DNA of 64,000 nt from Candidatus Thalassarchaeaceae archaeon (GCA_023700255.1 JAJPRD010000003.1:41779-105778); one strand, 5' to 3'; numbered from the stretch's first letter, positions 1 through 9,923 are shown. Notes: generated by a model not told the origin, from the letters alone. Numbers and translations: made by a program.

Positions 1-12
1 CTTCGCAGAGCC

Positions 13-1215
13 ATGGTGGAACAAGTAGAGGTTTCAATACGAGCTTCATCTATTGAATATGCAATTAGAGATGTAGTAGTTCCAGCAATCGAATTAGAGA
101 AACAAGGTCATGATATTATCCGATTAAATATCGGTGACCCGTTGGCATATGATGGATTGCCAACACCAATACATATGATTGATGAGTACAAGAATGCTTT
201 AGATAGACAAAATAATGGATACGGTCCATCATATGGTTTAGATGAATTGAGAAAGGCCATATCATTATCTGAATGCTCCAAAGGATGGGATTGTAATTCG
301 GATAATGTTTATGTTACACACGGTGTAACTGAAGCTCTACAAGTTATTTTTGCTGCATTTCTTCAAGAAAATGATACAGTACTAGCACCAGGACCTCATT
401 ATCCACCGTATATGGCTTATCCACAAATGTATGGTGCAAAAACGGTTGAATATAGGCTTAAATCCTCTGATAATTGGGGAATTGATTTAGAAGATATCCG
501 CAGAAAAATGAATGACTCAGTAAAACTTCTTGTTTTGATTAACCCTAATAATCCAACAGGTAATATTGCCACTAGGTTCGAAATTGAACAGTTAATTGAG
601 ATCGCTGAAGAATGGCCTAAATGCACAATTATTGCGGATGAAATATATGATGGTTTAGATTTCTCTAACTCATTTATTTCCGTAGCTTCAGTTTCTGAAA
701 AAGTCCCAGTGATTACCCTTAATGGTGTGTCTAAAGTGTATTTTGCACCTGGTTGGAGAATAGGATATATGGCTTGGCATGACCCAGAAAATAGACTTTC
801 TCTCGTAAGAGATGGTGTTGAAAGAATACTGCGCAGCCGTCTTTGTGCATCTACTCCTGCTCAGTATGGCTATTTGGCCGGATTAGAAAGTTCCCATGAT
901 TGGCTTTCTTCGCACCGTGCTTTAACTGAAAAAAGAATGAATTATTGCTTAAAACGTATTAATGAAATTGATGGGATTTCTTGTGAGAGCCCTCAAGGCG
1001 CATTTTACTTGTTTGTACGATTAACCAAACCCGAACATTTCAAAGATGACAAAAAATGGGTTTTAGATTTATTGCATCAAGAACATGTCTTAGTGGTTCA
1101 TGGTTCTGGTTTTTCTCCTGAATTCGGCGCAGGTCATTTTCGAATGGTATGTCTTCCTCAAATTTCAGTGTTGGAAGAAGCTTTTATTAGAATTGAACGA
1201 TTTTTGAGTAGTTGA
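13..1215 (+). CDS. PLP-dependent aminotransferase class I/II (alanine aminotransferase AlaA-like)
   Basis: Motifs IEYAIRD, LNIGDP, INPNNPTG, ADEIYD and the PLP-lysine segment NGVSKVYFAPGWRIG. Confidence 0.92.
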   Translation: MVEQVEVSIRASSIEYAIRDVVVPAIELEKQGHDIIRLNIGDPLAYDGLPTPIHMIDEYKNALDRQNNGYGPSYGLDELRKAISLSECSKGWDCNSDNVYVTHGVTEALQVIFAAFLQENDTVLAPGPHYPPYMAYPQMYGAKTVEYRLKSSDNWGIDLEDIRRKMNDSVKLLVLINPNNPTGNIATRFEIEQLIEIAEEWPKCTIIADEIYDGLDFSNSFISVASVSEKVPVITLNGVSKVYFAPGWRIGYMAWHDPENRLSLVRDGVERILRSRLCASTPAQYGYLAGLESSHDWLSSHRALTEKRMNYCLKRINEIDGISCESPQGAFYLFVRLTKPEHFKDDKKWVLDLLHQEHVLVVHGSGFSPEFGAGHFRMVCLPQISVLEEAFIRIERFLSS

Positions 1216-1219
1216 TTTA

Positions 1220-2317
1220 ATGAGCTTTTTTGGTTTCTTCAAAACAAAAGATTCAGATTTGACTGAAAGAATCAAAAACCGGTGGAAAATTCTCTCAAAC
1301 GGCTTTATCATTGATTCTAAAATGAATGATAATTTAGTTTGGAAAGTTGATATTAATTTCTTTGAAGACTTTTTTTCGGGTATTGAGGTAAGAAGTGGGC
1401 AGAGTTTGGGAAGACGTTTGGCTCATGCATCTTCTGAATCGGAAGAATGGTTAATGTCTGCTTCTAATGTCAAACCTCCTAATGGTAGAGATCCTAAAAA
1501 ATGGAAAGATACCAGGCATGATTGGGAAGAAAGAGGTTTAGGTTTATTCGAATTAGTTGATGACGGGAAAGAAATTAGAATGCATATCAGTCATCCGATT
1601 AATGGGCCTATGTGTGCAGGTATATTCTCAGCAATATGGGAATATTCAACTAAATCTCGATTTCGTTTCCGATGGAATCAAAATACTTCTGAAAGCCTAA
1701 TGTTGACTCTATCTGAAGATAGTATGATGATTCCAAAACCCAGCGGATTGAGTATTCCTTGGTTTAACCAAAAAAGCGTATCATCTTCTGAAATTGAACA
1801 TGAATTTTGGGATACATTACTTGCTGATGATGATGGAACTTGGTCAATAATGGGTAATAGGATGGCTATGATTAATCAGGATCTAATTCTTCGTTTTGAA
1901 AGCTATTTCTTACCTCACGTGGATGGTATCCATGAAGGTCGTGAAGGTTCATATTTATGGCATGGATTAGATGAGAAAAAAAGCTTTTTATGGACTATTT
2001 TTTCAGATACAACGAGGGAAATTTTCTTTAATAGTGGGTATCATGTAATTGTTTCTAAAGAGCAAGATTGGATTGTGGTTGGAAAGCGGCACCTTTCAAG
2101 AAATGGTCTAGGTACTATAGACTCAGTGAACTCAATTGATAATTCTGGCGGTGTTGAGATTTATTTCTCATCTTGCTTCCATCCTGCAATATTCTGTGGG
2201 GTTCTAAGCGGATGCTGGGAAAGGGCCTATGGTCGTAACGTAAAGTCTGAATTTAGGGTGGAATCAGATAAGAATGTTCTCAAATTAATTTCAATGGCTG
2301 AGATTGCAAGACAATAA
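1220..2317 (+). CDS. Hypothetical protein with two tandem V4R-like (ligand-binding) modules
   Basis: 365-aa ORF 4 nt after the aminotransferase. Two similar halves: WEERGLGLFELV...MCAGIFSAIWE and LSRNGLGTIDSV...IFCGVLSGCWE. Confidence 0.6.
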   Translation: MSFFGFFKTKDSDLTERIKNRWKILSNGFIIDSKMNDNLVWKVDINFFEDFFSGIEVRSGQSLGRRLAHASSESEEWLMSASNVKPPNGRDPKKWKDTRHDWEERGLGLFELVDDGKEIRMHISHPINGPMCAGIFSAIWEYSTKSRFRFRWNQNTSESLMLTLSEDSMMIPKPSGLSIPWFNQKSVSSSEIEHEFWDTLLADDDGTWSIMGNRMAMINQDLILRFESYFLPHVDGIHEGREGSYLWHGLDEKKSFLWTIFSDTTREIFFNSGYHVIVSKEQDWIVVGKRHLSRNGLGTIDSVNSIDNSGGVEIYFSSCFHPAIFCGVLSGCWERAYGRNVKSEFRVESDKNVLKLISMAEIARQ

Positions 2318-2340
2318 ATCTCTGCACACGGGGAATGAAA

Positions 2341-2394
2341 CATTATATCACATCCTAAAGACAACTGTATGCCCCCTATGGGGGCCGAGGTGAT
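2341..2394 (+). promoter_or_regulatory. Putative TATA box, short GC hairpin and Shine-Dalgarno site of the 1015-aa gene
   Basis: TTATAT near 2343, GCCCCC-TAT-GGGGGC at 2371-2385, GAGGTGAT at 2387-2394, TTG start at 2398. Confidence 0.6.
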
Positions 2395-2397
2395 TAA

Positions 2398-5300
2398 TTG
2401 GCTCTTACACACAATCAATATGCTGTCTCAGCAATCGCAGCAACACTAATTTTAGCAGGTTTTTACACAATCATTGGTGCGGGATTAGCAACAGTATCTG
2501 GATGGGAAGATGGTTCAGTGGATATAGAAACTTCAGATTCTGAGATTCATCAAGAAGGAATAGATACAGATGGCGATGGATTACCTGATAGAATGGAACA
2601 AACTCTCTATGGTACTGATTGGAGACTTTCAGATACAGATAATGACGGTTTAGAGGATGGCTGGGAAATAGATAATGGCCTTGATCCATTAGACAGCGGT
2701 GAAGCAGTAGCTCCCGACCCGCAAACTACAAATCCTGATGATAATGAAGAAAATACTGAGTTGAATGAAACCTTCCCTAATCCTGACAATGGTCCATTTG
2801 GAGACCCAGATCGAGACGGCTTAATCAATGTAGATGAAGCGGCTCTTGGTACAAATCCTAATCTCCAAGACTCTGATGGAGATGGTTTAAATGACCGCTG
2901 GGAATCACTTTATACCTACACTGTAGAAACCCCCCAAGGTCAAATCAAACTTCTTGATCCATTAGATGGCAATTGGGATTGCTACATACTAACCCCAGAT
3001 AAGAAAGCCGAAATCAGAGCAGATATCGGTGCTAGTATTTTTGATGAAATGGGGAATCAGTTTGGGCATTCTTGCGATGCATTATTAGATTTAGAACAAC
3101 CTGAGCCAGATAGTTTAAGGAACTTCGTTGAAGAAAGATATGATACAAATCCATTAGAAGAAGATAGTGATGGTGACTTAATCGCTGACAGGTATGAAAT
3201 TGCTTTTGGAAATATCGATTTATCAGTCCATTGCGGAGTTACTCAGTTTGGCACCTTGACTCTTAAGTCACCTTACCACGAATATATGTCAGGTCCGGGT
3301 GATATGACTTGGTTCGAGGAGGATATGGATGGCGATGGCCGTTTAAATGGTCCAGGTGACTGGGATTCCGATGGAGATGGTATGCCTGATGGTTACGAAT
3401 ACTGCTATGCTTTGGATCTAGAATCTAAAAGATTTTTGAATCCTGCAAATGCTACTGACGCATATGGTGATAGAGATGAAGATGGACTCAACAATGTCGA
3501 AGAATATGAGGTTGCGTATACCTGGGGACCCAATAATTTCACCAGTCCTTTACTCGCAGATACTGATAATGATGGTATGCCAGATGGTTGGGAGCATTTG
3601 AGTGGCATCCATCCTAATGATGATGGTGCAAATGCATTAGAAGATCCTGATTTCGATGGTTATGATGCTGATGGAGATGGTGGCGTGAGGTTTGATGAGC
3701 TTGTAGGAGTCAGTACTGTACACCTTATTTCTGTAGAATTAGGTGATTACGTACCGGTTAACAAGACTATACTCTGGGTCAGGACAGTTCAAAATAGTGT
3801 ATACGTGAATATTCCAGTTAAAACTCAAACAGAAGGTTGGATTTATGAAATAAATGTTGAGGTTGGTGATGAGGTAATGACTAGAACCCAAGATTTAGCA
3901 ATTGTAGTTGAGCAGGATGAAAGATTCACTAATTTAGATGAGTATAATGCTAGAGATAGGGATGGAGACGGAATTACCGATGGTCGTTCAACAAATCCAT
4001 TACTTGAAGATACTGATAATGATGGTTTGATTGATGGAATAGAAGTTATTGGTTGGACTATCAGAGTTGTTGATAATGGAGTAAAGGATGTGCTTGTTAG
4101 GAGCGATCCAGGTGTTTTCGACACTGATAGTGATGGACTATCTGATGCAGTGGAATATTATGAGACCTTTACTAATGCAACTGATCGAGATACTGATAGT
4201 GATGGTTTAGAAGACTTTACAGAGGCTATGGATGGCTTTTTCTGGAATGTAACTGAACAATATTTTACAAATGCCTCTTCATTTGACACCGATAATGATG
4301 GTTTAGCAGATGGGGAAGAGGTCGTTGATGGTCGTGATCAATATATTACTCATGGTAACAATGCTGATAGCGATGGAGATGGTTTAGATGATGGTGGAGA
4401 AGTATTATTCATTCCACGTCCTTGGCAAGCAGCAACCAATCCTCTGATTAATGACACTGATGAAGATGGCCAGCCAGATGGTTGGGAAATGCAAGTATTT
4501 TCTGTTCAACAGAATACTAATAGTCATAGTCTATGGATAAGTAGTACGAATTGGCTACCTCCTGGCTGTGATAATATGTTTGAGTGCGGACTTGGTCCTG
4601 GTGGTTGGGTTTGGACAAACTATGTTCAAGGATTTTCAACCTCAGGTGATAGAGATGGAGATGGAATAATGGATCCGAAATATTTCCTTCATGAGATGAA
4701 TCTTTCTGGCTTTGTCATACCAAATAATGGTAGGTGGGCCCTAGATCCTGCTTATGGATCAATGATTGATAATATTTATGACATTGATAACGACACTCTA
4801 ATGAATCAACTTGAAGCTCCAGATAGGTGGAATACAAATCCAGTTAATGATGATACAGATGGTGATAAATTACCTGATGGATGGGAAGTGTTCTACTCTG
4901 GCGAATCAATATCTTTGGGTCTTGTAGATAACAACTCTCTGAATGCTTTAGGTGCTCGAGGGCCTATGGATCCTTCAATGATTGATTCAGACTTAGACGG
5001 TGTAGATGATGGGCAAGAGGATTTCGATCATGACGGTCTTAATCGCACTAACCTTCTGTATCGATATTGCCCTGGCTGGGATAACTCTCAAAATGCTGAA
5101 TGCCATATTGATCCAATGACCTCTTATGGTAAAAGATTCTATGATGATCTTGAAAATTATACTAACTATGAAGAAATGCAGAATGGTACAAGCCCTATTC
5201 TAAATGATACTGATGGTGACCAATGGAATGATGGTTCTGAAGTATTCCATCAAGATCAAGATGGTGACGGTATGTGGGCAGGATGGGAATATTTCTTTGA

Positions 5301-5445
5301 TTTTGACCCCTTTGACTCTGCGGATGCAAATATTGATTCAGATGGTGATGGTTCATTAAATAAATGTGAAAACAAATGGAATACTAACCCAAAAGATCCT
5401 GTGAGTTTCCCAAGTCAAGGTGAATTGTGCAATCAATTTGAGTGA
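2398..5445 (+). CDS. Large acidic membrane-anchored or secreted protein with DxDxDG (thrombospondin type 3-like) calcium-binding repeats and an inserted lipoyl/biotinyl-like domain
   Basis: N-terminal hydrophobic helix; about 25 DxDxD(G) motifs by manual count, many as D(T/S)DxDG(M/L)xDGWE...(D/N)P; TTG start after a strong SD. Confidence 0.8.
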   Translation: MALTHNQYAVSAIAATLILAGFYTIIGAGLATVSGWEDGSVDIETSDSEIHQEGIDTDGDGLPDRMEQTLYGTDWRLSDTDNDGLEDGWEIDNGLDPLDSGEAVAPDPQTTNPDDNEENTELNETFPNPDNGPFGDPDRDGLINVDEAALGTNPNLQDSDGDGLNDRWESLYTYTVETPQGQIKLLDPLDGNWDCYILTPDKKAEIRADIGASIFDEMGNQFGHSCDALLDLEQPEPDSLRNFVEERYDTNPLEEDSDGDLIADRYEIAFGNIDLSVHCGVTQFGTLTLKSPYHEYMSGPGDMTWFEEDMDGDGRLNGPGDWDSDGDGMPDGYEYCYALDLESKRFLNPANATDAYGDRDEDGLNNVEEYEVAYTWGPNNFTSPLLADTDNDGMPDGWEHLSGIHPNDDGANALEDPDFDGYDADGDGGVRFDELVGVSTVHLISVELGDYVPVNKTILWVRTVQNSVYVNIPVKTQTEGWIYEINVEVGDEVMTRTQDLAIVVEQDERFTNLDEYNARDRDGDGITDGRSTNPLLEDTDNDGLIDGIEVIGWTIRVVDNGVKDVLVRSDPGVFDTDSDGLSDAVEYYETFTNATDRDTDSDGLEDFTEAMDGFFWNVTEQYFTNASSFDTDNDGLADGEEVVDGRDQYITHGNNADSDGDGLDDGGEVLFIPRPWQAATNPLINDTDEDGQPDGWEMQVFSVQQNTNSHSLWISSTNWLPPGCDNMFECGLGPGGWVWTNYVQGFSTSGDRDGDGIMDPKYFLHEMNLSGFVIPNNGRWALDPAYGSMIDNIYDIDNDTLMNQLEAPDRWNTNPVNDDTDGDKLPDGWEVFYSGESISLGLVDNNSLNALGARGPMDPSMIDSDLDGVDDGQEDFDHDGLNRTNLLYRYCPGWDNSQNAECHIDPMTSYGKRFYDDLENYTNYEEMQNGTSPILNDTDGDQWNDGSEVFHQDQDGDGMWAGWEYFFDFDPFDSADANIDSDGDGSLNKCENKWNTNPKDPVSFPSQGELCNQFE

Positions 5446-5930
5446 AACTTAGTATGTCTTGGTGGATTCTCCCAACAACTGCCGATATAGGTATACGTGC
5501 TTTTTCATCATCACCTGAAACTGTAATTATGGAGTGTGTCCTTGGTCTACAATCTATACAGGTTTCTGATAAGTCTCTTGACTCAATTAATCAATTAATA
5601 CGTTCAACTGGTGTGTGGACTATTCCGTTAAATAATAATGATTTAGAAAGAGGTCTTGTTAAGTTTCTTGAAGAAGTTCTATATCGTGGTACTATTGAAA
5701 ATGAATGGCTAGTTGATTTAATTGTCAAGATAGATGATGGCTCTATTTCTGCTCATGTGTCATGGGTAAATTCAGAATTGGTTGAAAGAGAAATAGAAAT
5801 TAAAGCAGTGACATTGCATGAACTTGTAATGCGGATGATTGATCAAAATGAAATTGTAGCTGGTTTAGAACCTAATATACCTACTTTTGAGGGCCCAGGG
5901 TGGATGGCTCAAGTAGTATTAGACATCTAA
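5442..5930 (+). CDS. Archease (possible start at ATG 5454)
   Basis: Family motifs PTTADIGIRAF, EIKAVTLHEL and C-terminal VVLDI. Confidence 0.88.
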   Translation: MKLSMSWWILPTTADIGIRAFSSSPETVIMECVLGLQSIQVSDKSLDSINQLIRSTGVWTIPLNNNDLERGLVKFLEEVLYRGTIENEWLVDLIVKIDDGSISAHVSWVNSELVEREIEIKAVTLHELVMRMIDQNEIVAGLEPNIPTFEGPGWMAQVVLDI

Positions 5931-7709
5931 TTCTACTTCTTCATCTTCATCTTCAATAGTATCTCTATTGAAATCTTCTAATATCTCTGCGGTTTCTTCA
6001 GCATCATTTGATAAATGATGGACCAGGTAAACTCCACCTGCCATCACAATTATCATTATGGATATTAATATCGGAAGTATAGTCAGGCCAGATGTCTCCT
6101 CTGACTCTTCCCAAGTAATCAATTTAGTAGACATATCGCCTCCTCCAAAAGCATCTGATGTTTCATAGTTAACTAGTTGTGTAGGTGTCAAAATTGTACA
6201 TTTAAGGCTGAATTCCCCTGGGTCATTGTTTCTCCAACTAAAATAAACTTCTACTTGTTCATTTGGGTCTATTTTAAGATTCTGATAGCCACCTATATCT
6301 GCTGCTAATCCCGTTTCAATGATACTACAATCAAAGAATAAATTCGCAGATTCAGTACCTCTATTTGCTAAAGTAGCAGATATTTGTAGAGGACTACCTG
6401 TGTTTGCGGTTTCTTCATTGCTAACTAAATTTAACGCAACCCATTCGATAATTGGTTTGTTTGAAGTCATATCAATTTCTTTTTCCCAGGTAAGTAAGGT
6501 TGTCGATGGACCATAATTGTCTATACCGCTAACTTCCATATTCCAAGCAGTTCTATATTCAATAATTTCAATATTTGCGTTTTCTCTTGTTATTAGACCA
6601 TTAGCCCACCCGATCTCGATGACTCTTGCCTTTCCTCCATTTATGTATGATATTCCATCATTTCCACTATAATTATTCATGTCTAAAATACCTTCTGGGC
6701 TATTACCAATGATTCTATAATGTACTCCTATGGTGTCAAAAATCAATGACTGGTCAGTAATTATTCGTTCCCATCTATCGATTAAAAGCCCCTTTATAGA
6801 TACATCCTCACCATCTTCAGATATACCCCAATTAATTACTGAATATGGTTGAGCCTGTATATAATGGTCTTCTAGGCTTCCTGAAAACTCAGTATTTTCG
6901 ATAGTGATCATCGATTGATCACTTGTTAATTTGATCGGAAAACTGTCTCTTATTATTCCATTTTTAATTATTATGTCACCACTTGAATATATATCTAAAC
7001 CTTTAATCATAGAATTATCTGAAATATCGATTGTACCTGCTGATTCCACTCTGACTCCATTTTCACCATATAGTAGCATATTTTGATTAGGTAATTCATT
7101 TGCTAGATGTTCACTTATTATGTCTCCTGCTATACTTTCTAAAACAATTGATTTGATTATTGGGAAATGTCCATATCCAGTGAAACCAAGCTGAGTCTCA
7201 TATTCACCTTCTGGTATCTCTATCACAAACACCTCGCCATTCATTTCTACAGGGTCCATACTTCCTACATATACGTGACTTCCATTAAGTAATGCACCTT
7301 CTTCAGAATTAATTAATATTCTCAATTCTTCAGAATATCCTGAAGTCGGTACTATTATCGTTGATCTATTATTTTCATCGATTAAACCCATGGTTTTTAG
7401 AGAAGTTGCTCTTTTATCAGAGATGATTTCTGCTTGGCCTATCAGATTTAATTTACCTCCTTCATCTATGGTAATTAGAGATTCAGTAGTAAACGTAATT
7501 GAATTACTTATCGTAAGTTCGCCATTACTTGTTATGTATATGCTTTCACTAATTTCTTGTTCATTTGTCCACTCCATAATTTCATCGATTACAATGGTGT
7601 TTCCATGATTATCCGCAGAAATAGGATTTACAGTAAACATTAGTATTGATAACAGTAGAACTGACACTTGAGCGAATGCTTTGGCATAAGACATGTGCTT
7701 CCGAGACAC
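5919..7709 (-). CDS. Membrane-anchored surface protein: signal peptide, beta-rich body, CARDB-like Ig domain, C-terminal TM helix and acidic tail
   Basis: Signal-like N-terminus; LQISATLANRG...IDPNEQVEVYFSW...PGEFSLKC (CARDB-like); TM ILPILISIMIIVMAGGVYLV; tail EDEDEEVELDV. Confidence 0.7.
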   Translation of the reverse strand: MSRKHMSYAKAFAQVSVLLLSILMFTVNPISADNHGNTIVIDEIMEWTNEQEISESIYITSNGELTISNSITFTTESLITIDEGGKLNLIGQAEIISDKRATSLKTMGLIDENNRSTIIVPTSGYSEELRILINSEEGALLNGSHVYVGSMDPVEMNGEVFVIEIPEGEYETQLGFTGYGHFPIIKSIVLESIAGDIISEHLANELPNQNMLLYGENGVRVESAGTIDISDNSMIKGLDIYSSGDIIIKNGIIRDSFPIKLTSDQSMITIENTEFSGSLEDHYIQAQPYSVINWGISEDGEDVSIKGLLIDRWERIITDQSLIFDTIGVHYRIIGNSPEGILDMNNYSGNDGISYINGGKARVIEIGWANGLITRENANIEIIEYRTAWNMEVSGIDNYGPSTTLLTWEKEIDMTSNKPIIEWVALNLVSNEETANTGSPLQISATLANRGTESANLFFDCSIIETGLAADIGGYQNLKIDPNEQVEVYFSWRNNDPGEFSLKCTILTPTQLVNYETSDAFGGGDMSTKLITWEESEETSGLTILPILISIMIIVMAGGVYLVHHLSNDAEETAEILEDFNRDTIEDEDEEVELDV

Positions 7710-7786
7710 TAATAGTCAATGAATTATTGGGCTCCCTATGGCGTTATGATGCATGGTTTCATGTATAGGTATCTCTTGGACTTACT

Positions 7787-8479
7787 ATGTCTATTACTCC
7801 TGAAGAACCCTTCCCTTCTACAGATATAAGTTCGTTTTTTATTAACGTATTATGTGTGTTATTGATGTATGGCTCCGCGTATCTAGCAAATACTGGTGCT
7901 ATGTTATTTGGTAAATGGATTCCTGAAAAAACAGGAATTCCAGTAATAGTGATTGATGGAGGTCGTAATTACTCCGATGGTCACAGGTTACTGGGTGATG
8001 GTAAATCATGGAATGGATTAATAGGGGGAGGAATTGTTAGTGGTCTTCTTTTCATGCTTGCTCATAAATTATGGAATTCCAATGGTGCCAATGCGCCACT
8101 TGTAGATCCATTGCTTTATGCAGATTCTAATGACTGGTTTTGGTTGATTGAGAGTGATGATAGTGGTTTAATTGCCGCCTTTACTATGGGTTTTGTATTA
8201 GGATTCGCTTGCATGGTTGGAGATATGTGCGGTTCTTTCATAAAGCGTAGAAGAGGATTAAAGAGGGAAGGTGACCAAAGTTCTGAAGCTCCATTGCTAG
8301 ATACTATTCCGTTTGCTATTGCTATATTTATTACCTCCTTTATATTATTTGATGGGCAAATAATCACTCATCATAATCTTGTTGAAGAGATATTATTCCT
8401 ATTACTCGTGACACCAATTATCCATCGTTTATTCAATGTAATTGGATATAAATTTGGCCTAAAAGATGTTCCATATTAG
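7787..8479 (+). CDS. carS: CDP-archaeol synthase (CDP-2,3-bis-(O-geranylgeranyl)-sn-glycerol synthase)
   Basis: YLANTGAMLFG, IDGG...DGHRLLGDGKSWNG, GDMCGSFIKRRRG, APLLD, C-terminal YKFGLKDVPY. Confidence 0.92.
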   Translation: MSITPEEPFPSTDISSFFINVLCVLLMYGSAYLANTGAMLFGKWIPEKTGIPVIVIDGGRNYSDGHRLLGDGKSWNGLIGGGIVSGLLFMLAHKLWNSNGANAPLVDPLLYADSNDWFWLIESDDSGLIAAFTMGFVLGFACMVGDMCGSFIKRRRGLKREGDQSSEAPLLDTIPFAIAIFITSFILFDGQIITHHNLVEEILFLLLVTPIIHRLFNVIGYKFGLKDVPY

Positions 8480-8536
8480 TTAAAAAGTCAAATCCTTCAT
8501 TAGAATTTATTAATTCCTTGATTACATCGCAAGCGC

Positions 8537-9805
8537 ATGGTCGGCATCGATGTCTTGGTTGTTGGAGGCGGAGGGAGAGAACATGCTCTTGCCCTGGGTC
8601 TTTCCAAAAGTAACTCAGTAAATCAGATTCATATATCACCTGGTAATGCTGGTACTGCATTTTTAGGTACTAATCATGATGTCCCTTCAAGCGATATTAA
8701 TGGCACAATAAATCTCGCTAAAAAGTTAGATGTTGACTTAGTAGTTGTAGGCCCTGAAGCCCCTCTTGTTGCTGGTTTATCCGATAAGCTAAATCTTCAA
8801 GGTATTGCTTGTTTTGGTCCTGATTCTATTGGTGCTAAATTAGAAGGGTCTAAAATTTATGCTAAAGAACTAATGCAATCCCTAAATATACCTACTGCTG
8901 GATTGGTAATTGTCGAAAACATTGATCGAATTAATGAAGCATTAGATACATTTTCTCCTCCTTGGGTTGTTAAGAGGGATGTTTTAGCCGGAGGTAAAGG
9001 AGTAATAGTTACCGAGATTCGTTCGGAAGCATTTGAAGCCCTGAGAGAAGGTATCGAATTGGATAATTTAGTTCTTCTTGAAGAGTTTCTATCTGGAGAG
9101 GAAGCATCAGTGTTAGTGGTTATGGATGAATCAGGATATATCTGTCTGCCAGCCAGCCAAGATCATAAGCGCTTATCTGACGGTGACTGTGGTCCAAATA
9201 CTGGAGGAATGGGTGCTTATGCCCCCGCTCCAGTATACACTCCAGCAGTACAACTACGAGCAATATCTGAGATAATTGATCCAATGCATCATTATCTCAG
9301 GAATCAAGATATCCCTTATCGCGGATGCCTATATGTTGGATTAATGATTGATGAAAATGGTGCACCTTATGTTGTCGAATACAATGTCCGTTTTGGTGAT
9401 CCCGAGACACAAGTCACATTACCTTTGATCTCAAGTGACCTTGGTGAATTACTACTATCTTGTGCTGAAGGAAGAATTTCTAAATACGATTTCACCACAC
9501 ATCCTTACTCTTCTGCTACGATTGTTCTTGCATCAGAAGGTTATCCGGGGGTGTCAATAACTGGGAGAGAAATTATTGGTGCTGATAATAATATTGAAGA
9601 AGGAGAGATTCATGCATTTGTTCACCATGCAGCCACCTCGATTTCATCTTCTGGGAAACTAGTTTCAAATGGAGGTAGGGTGCTCTCAGTGACCGGAATA
9701 GCCCCTGAATTAAGGACTGCTGTAGAAGCCGCATATGAAGTGATGGGTAGCATAAAATTATCAGGTTCCCAGTATCGTTTAGATATTGCTCATAGAGGAC
9801 TTTGA
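8537..9805 (+). CDS. purD: Phosphoribosylamine--glycine ligase
   Basis: VGGGGREHALA, VVGPEAPLVAG, AGGKGV, QDHKRL..GD.GPNTGGMGAYAP, EYNVRFGDPETQ, GGRVL. Confidence 0.97.
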   Translation: MVGIDVLVVGGGGREHALALGLSKSNSVNQIHISPGNAGTAFLGTNHDVPSSDINGTINLAKKLDVDLVVVGPEAPLVAGLSDKLNLQGIACFGPDSIGAKLEGSKIYAKELMQSLNIPTAGLVIVENIDRINEALDTFSPPWVVKRDVLAGGKGVIVTEIRSEAFEALREGIELDNLVLLEEFLSGEEASVLVVMDESGYICLPASQDHKRLSDGDCGPNTGGMGAYAPAPVYTPAVQLRAISEIIDPMHHYLRNQDIPYRGCLYVGLMIDENGAPYVVEYNVRFGDPETQVTLPLISSDLGELLLSCAEGRISKYDFTTHPYSSATIVLASEGYPGVSITGREIIGADNNIEEGEIHAFVHHAATSISSSGKLVSNGGRVLSVTGIAPELRTAVEAAYEVMGSIKLSGSQYRLDIAHRGL

Positions 9806-9858
9806 GGCAGATATTTTAGGTTAATTTGATACACTCTCAAAATAGTCGACCCACTAAC

Positions 9859-9920
9859 GGTTATAACATCTCCAATTTTCGCGCCAACTCGGGCCTGTAG
9901 GCTCGACAATATGGTGATGA
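9859..9920 (+). promoter_or_regulatory. Putative TATA box, 5' hairpin and SD of aglB
   Basis: TTATAAC near 9861, TCGGGCC-TGTA-GGCTCGA at 9889-9906, GGTGAT just upstream of ATG 9924. Confidence 0.55.
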
Positions 9921-9923
9921 ATA

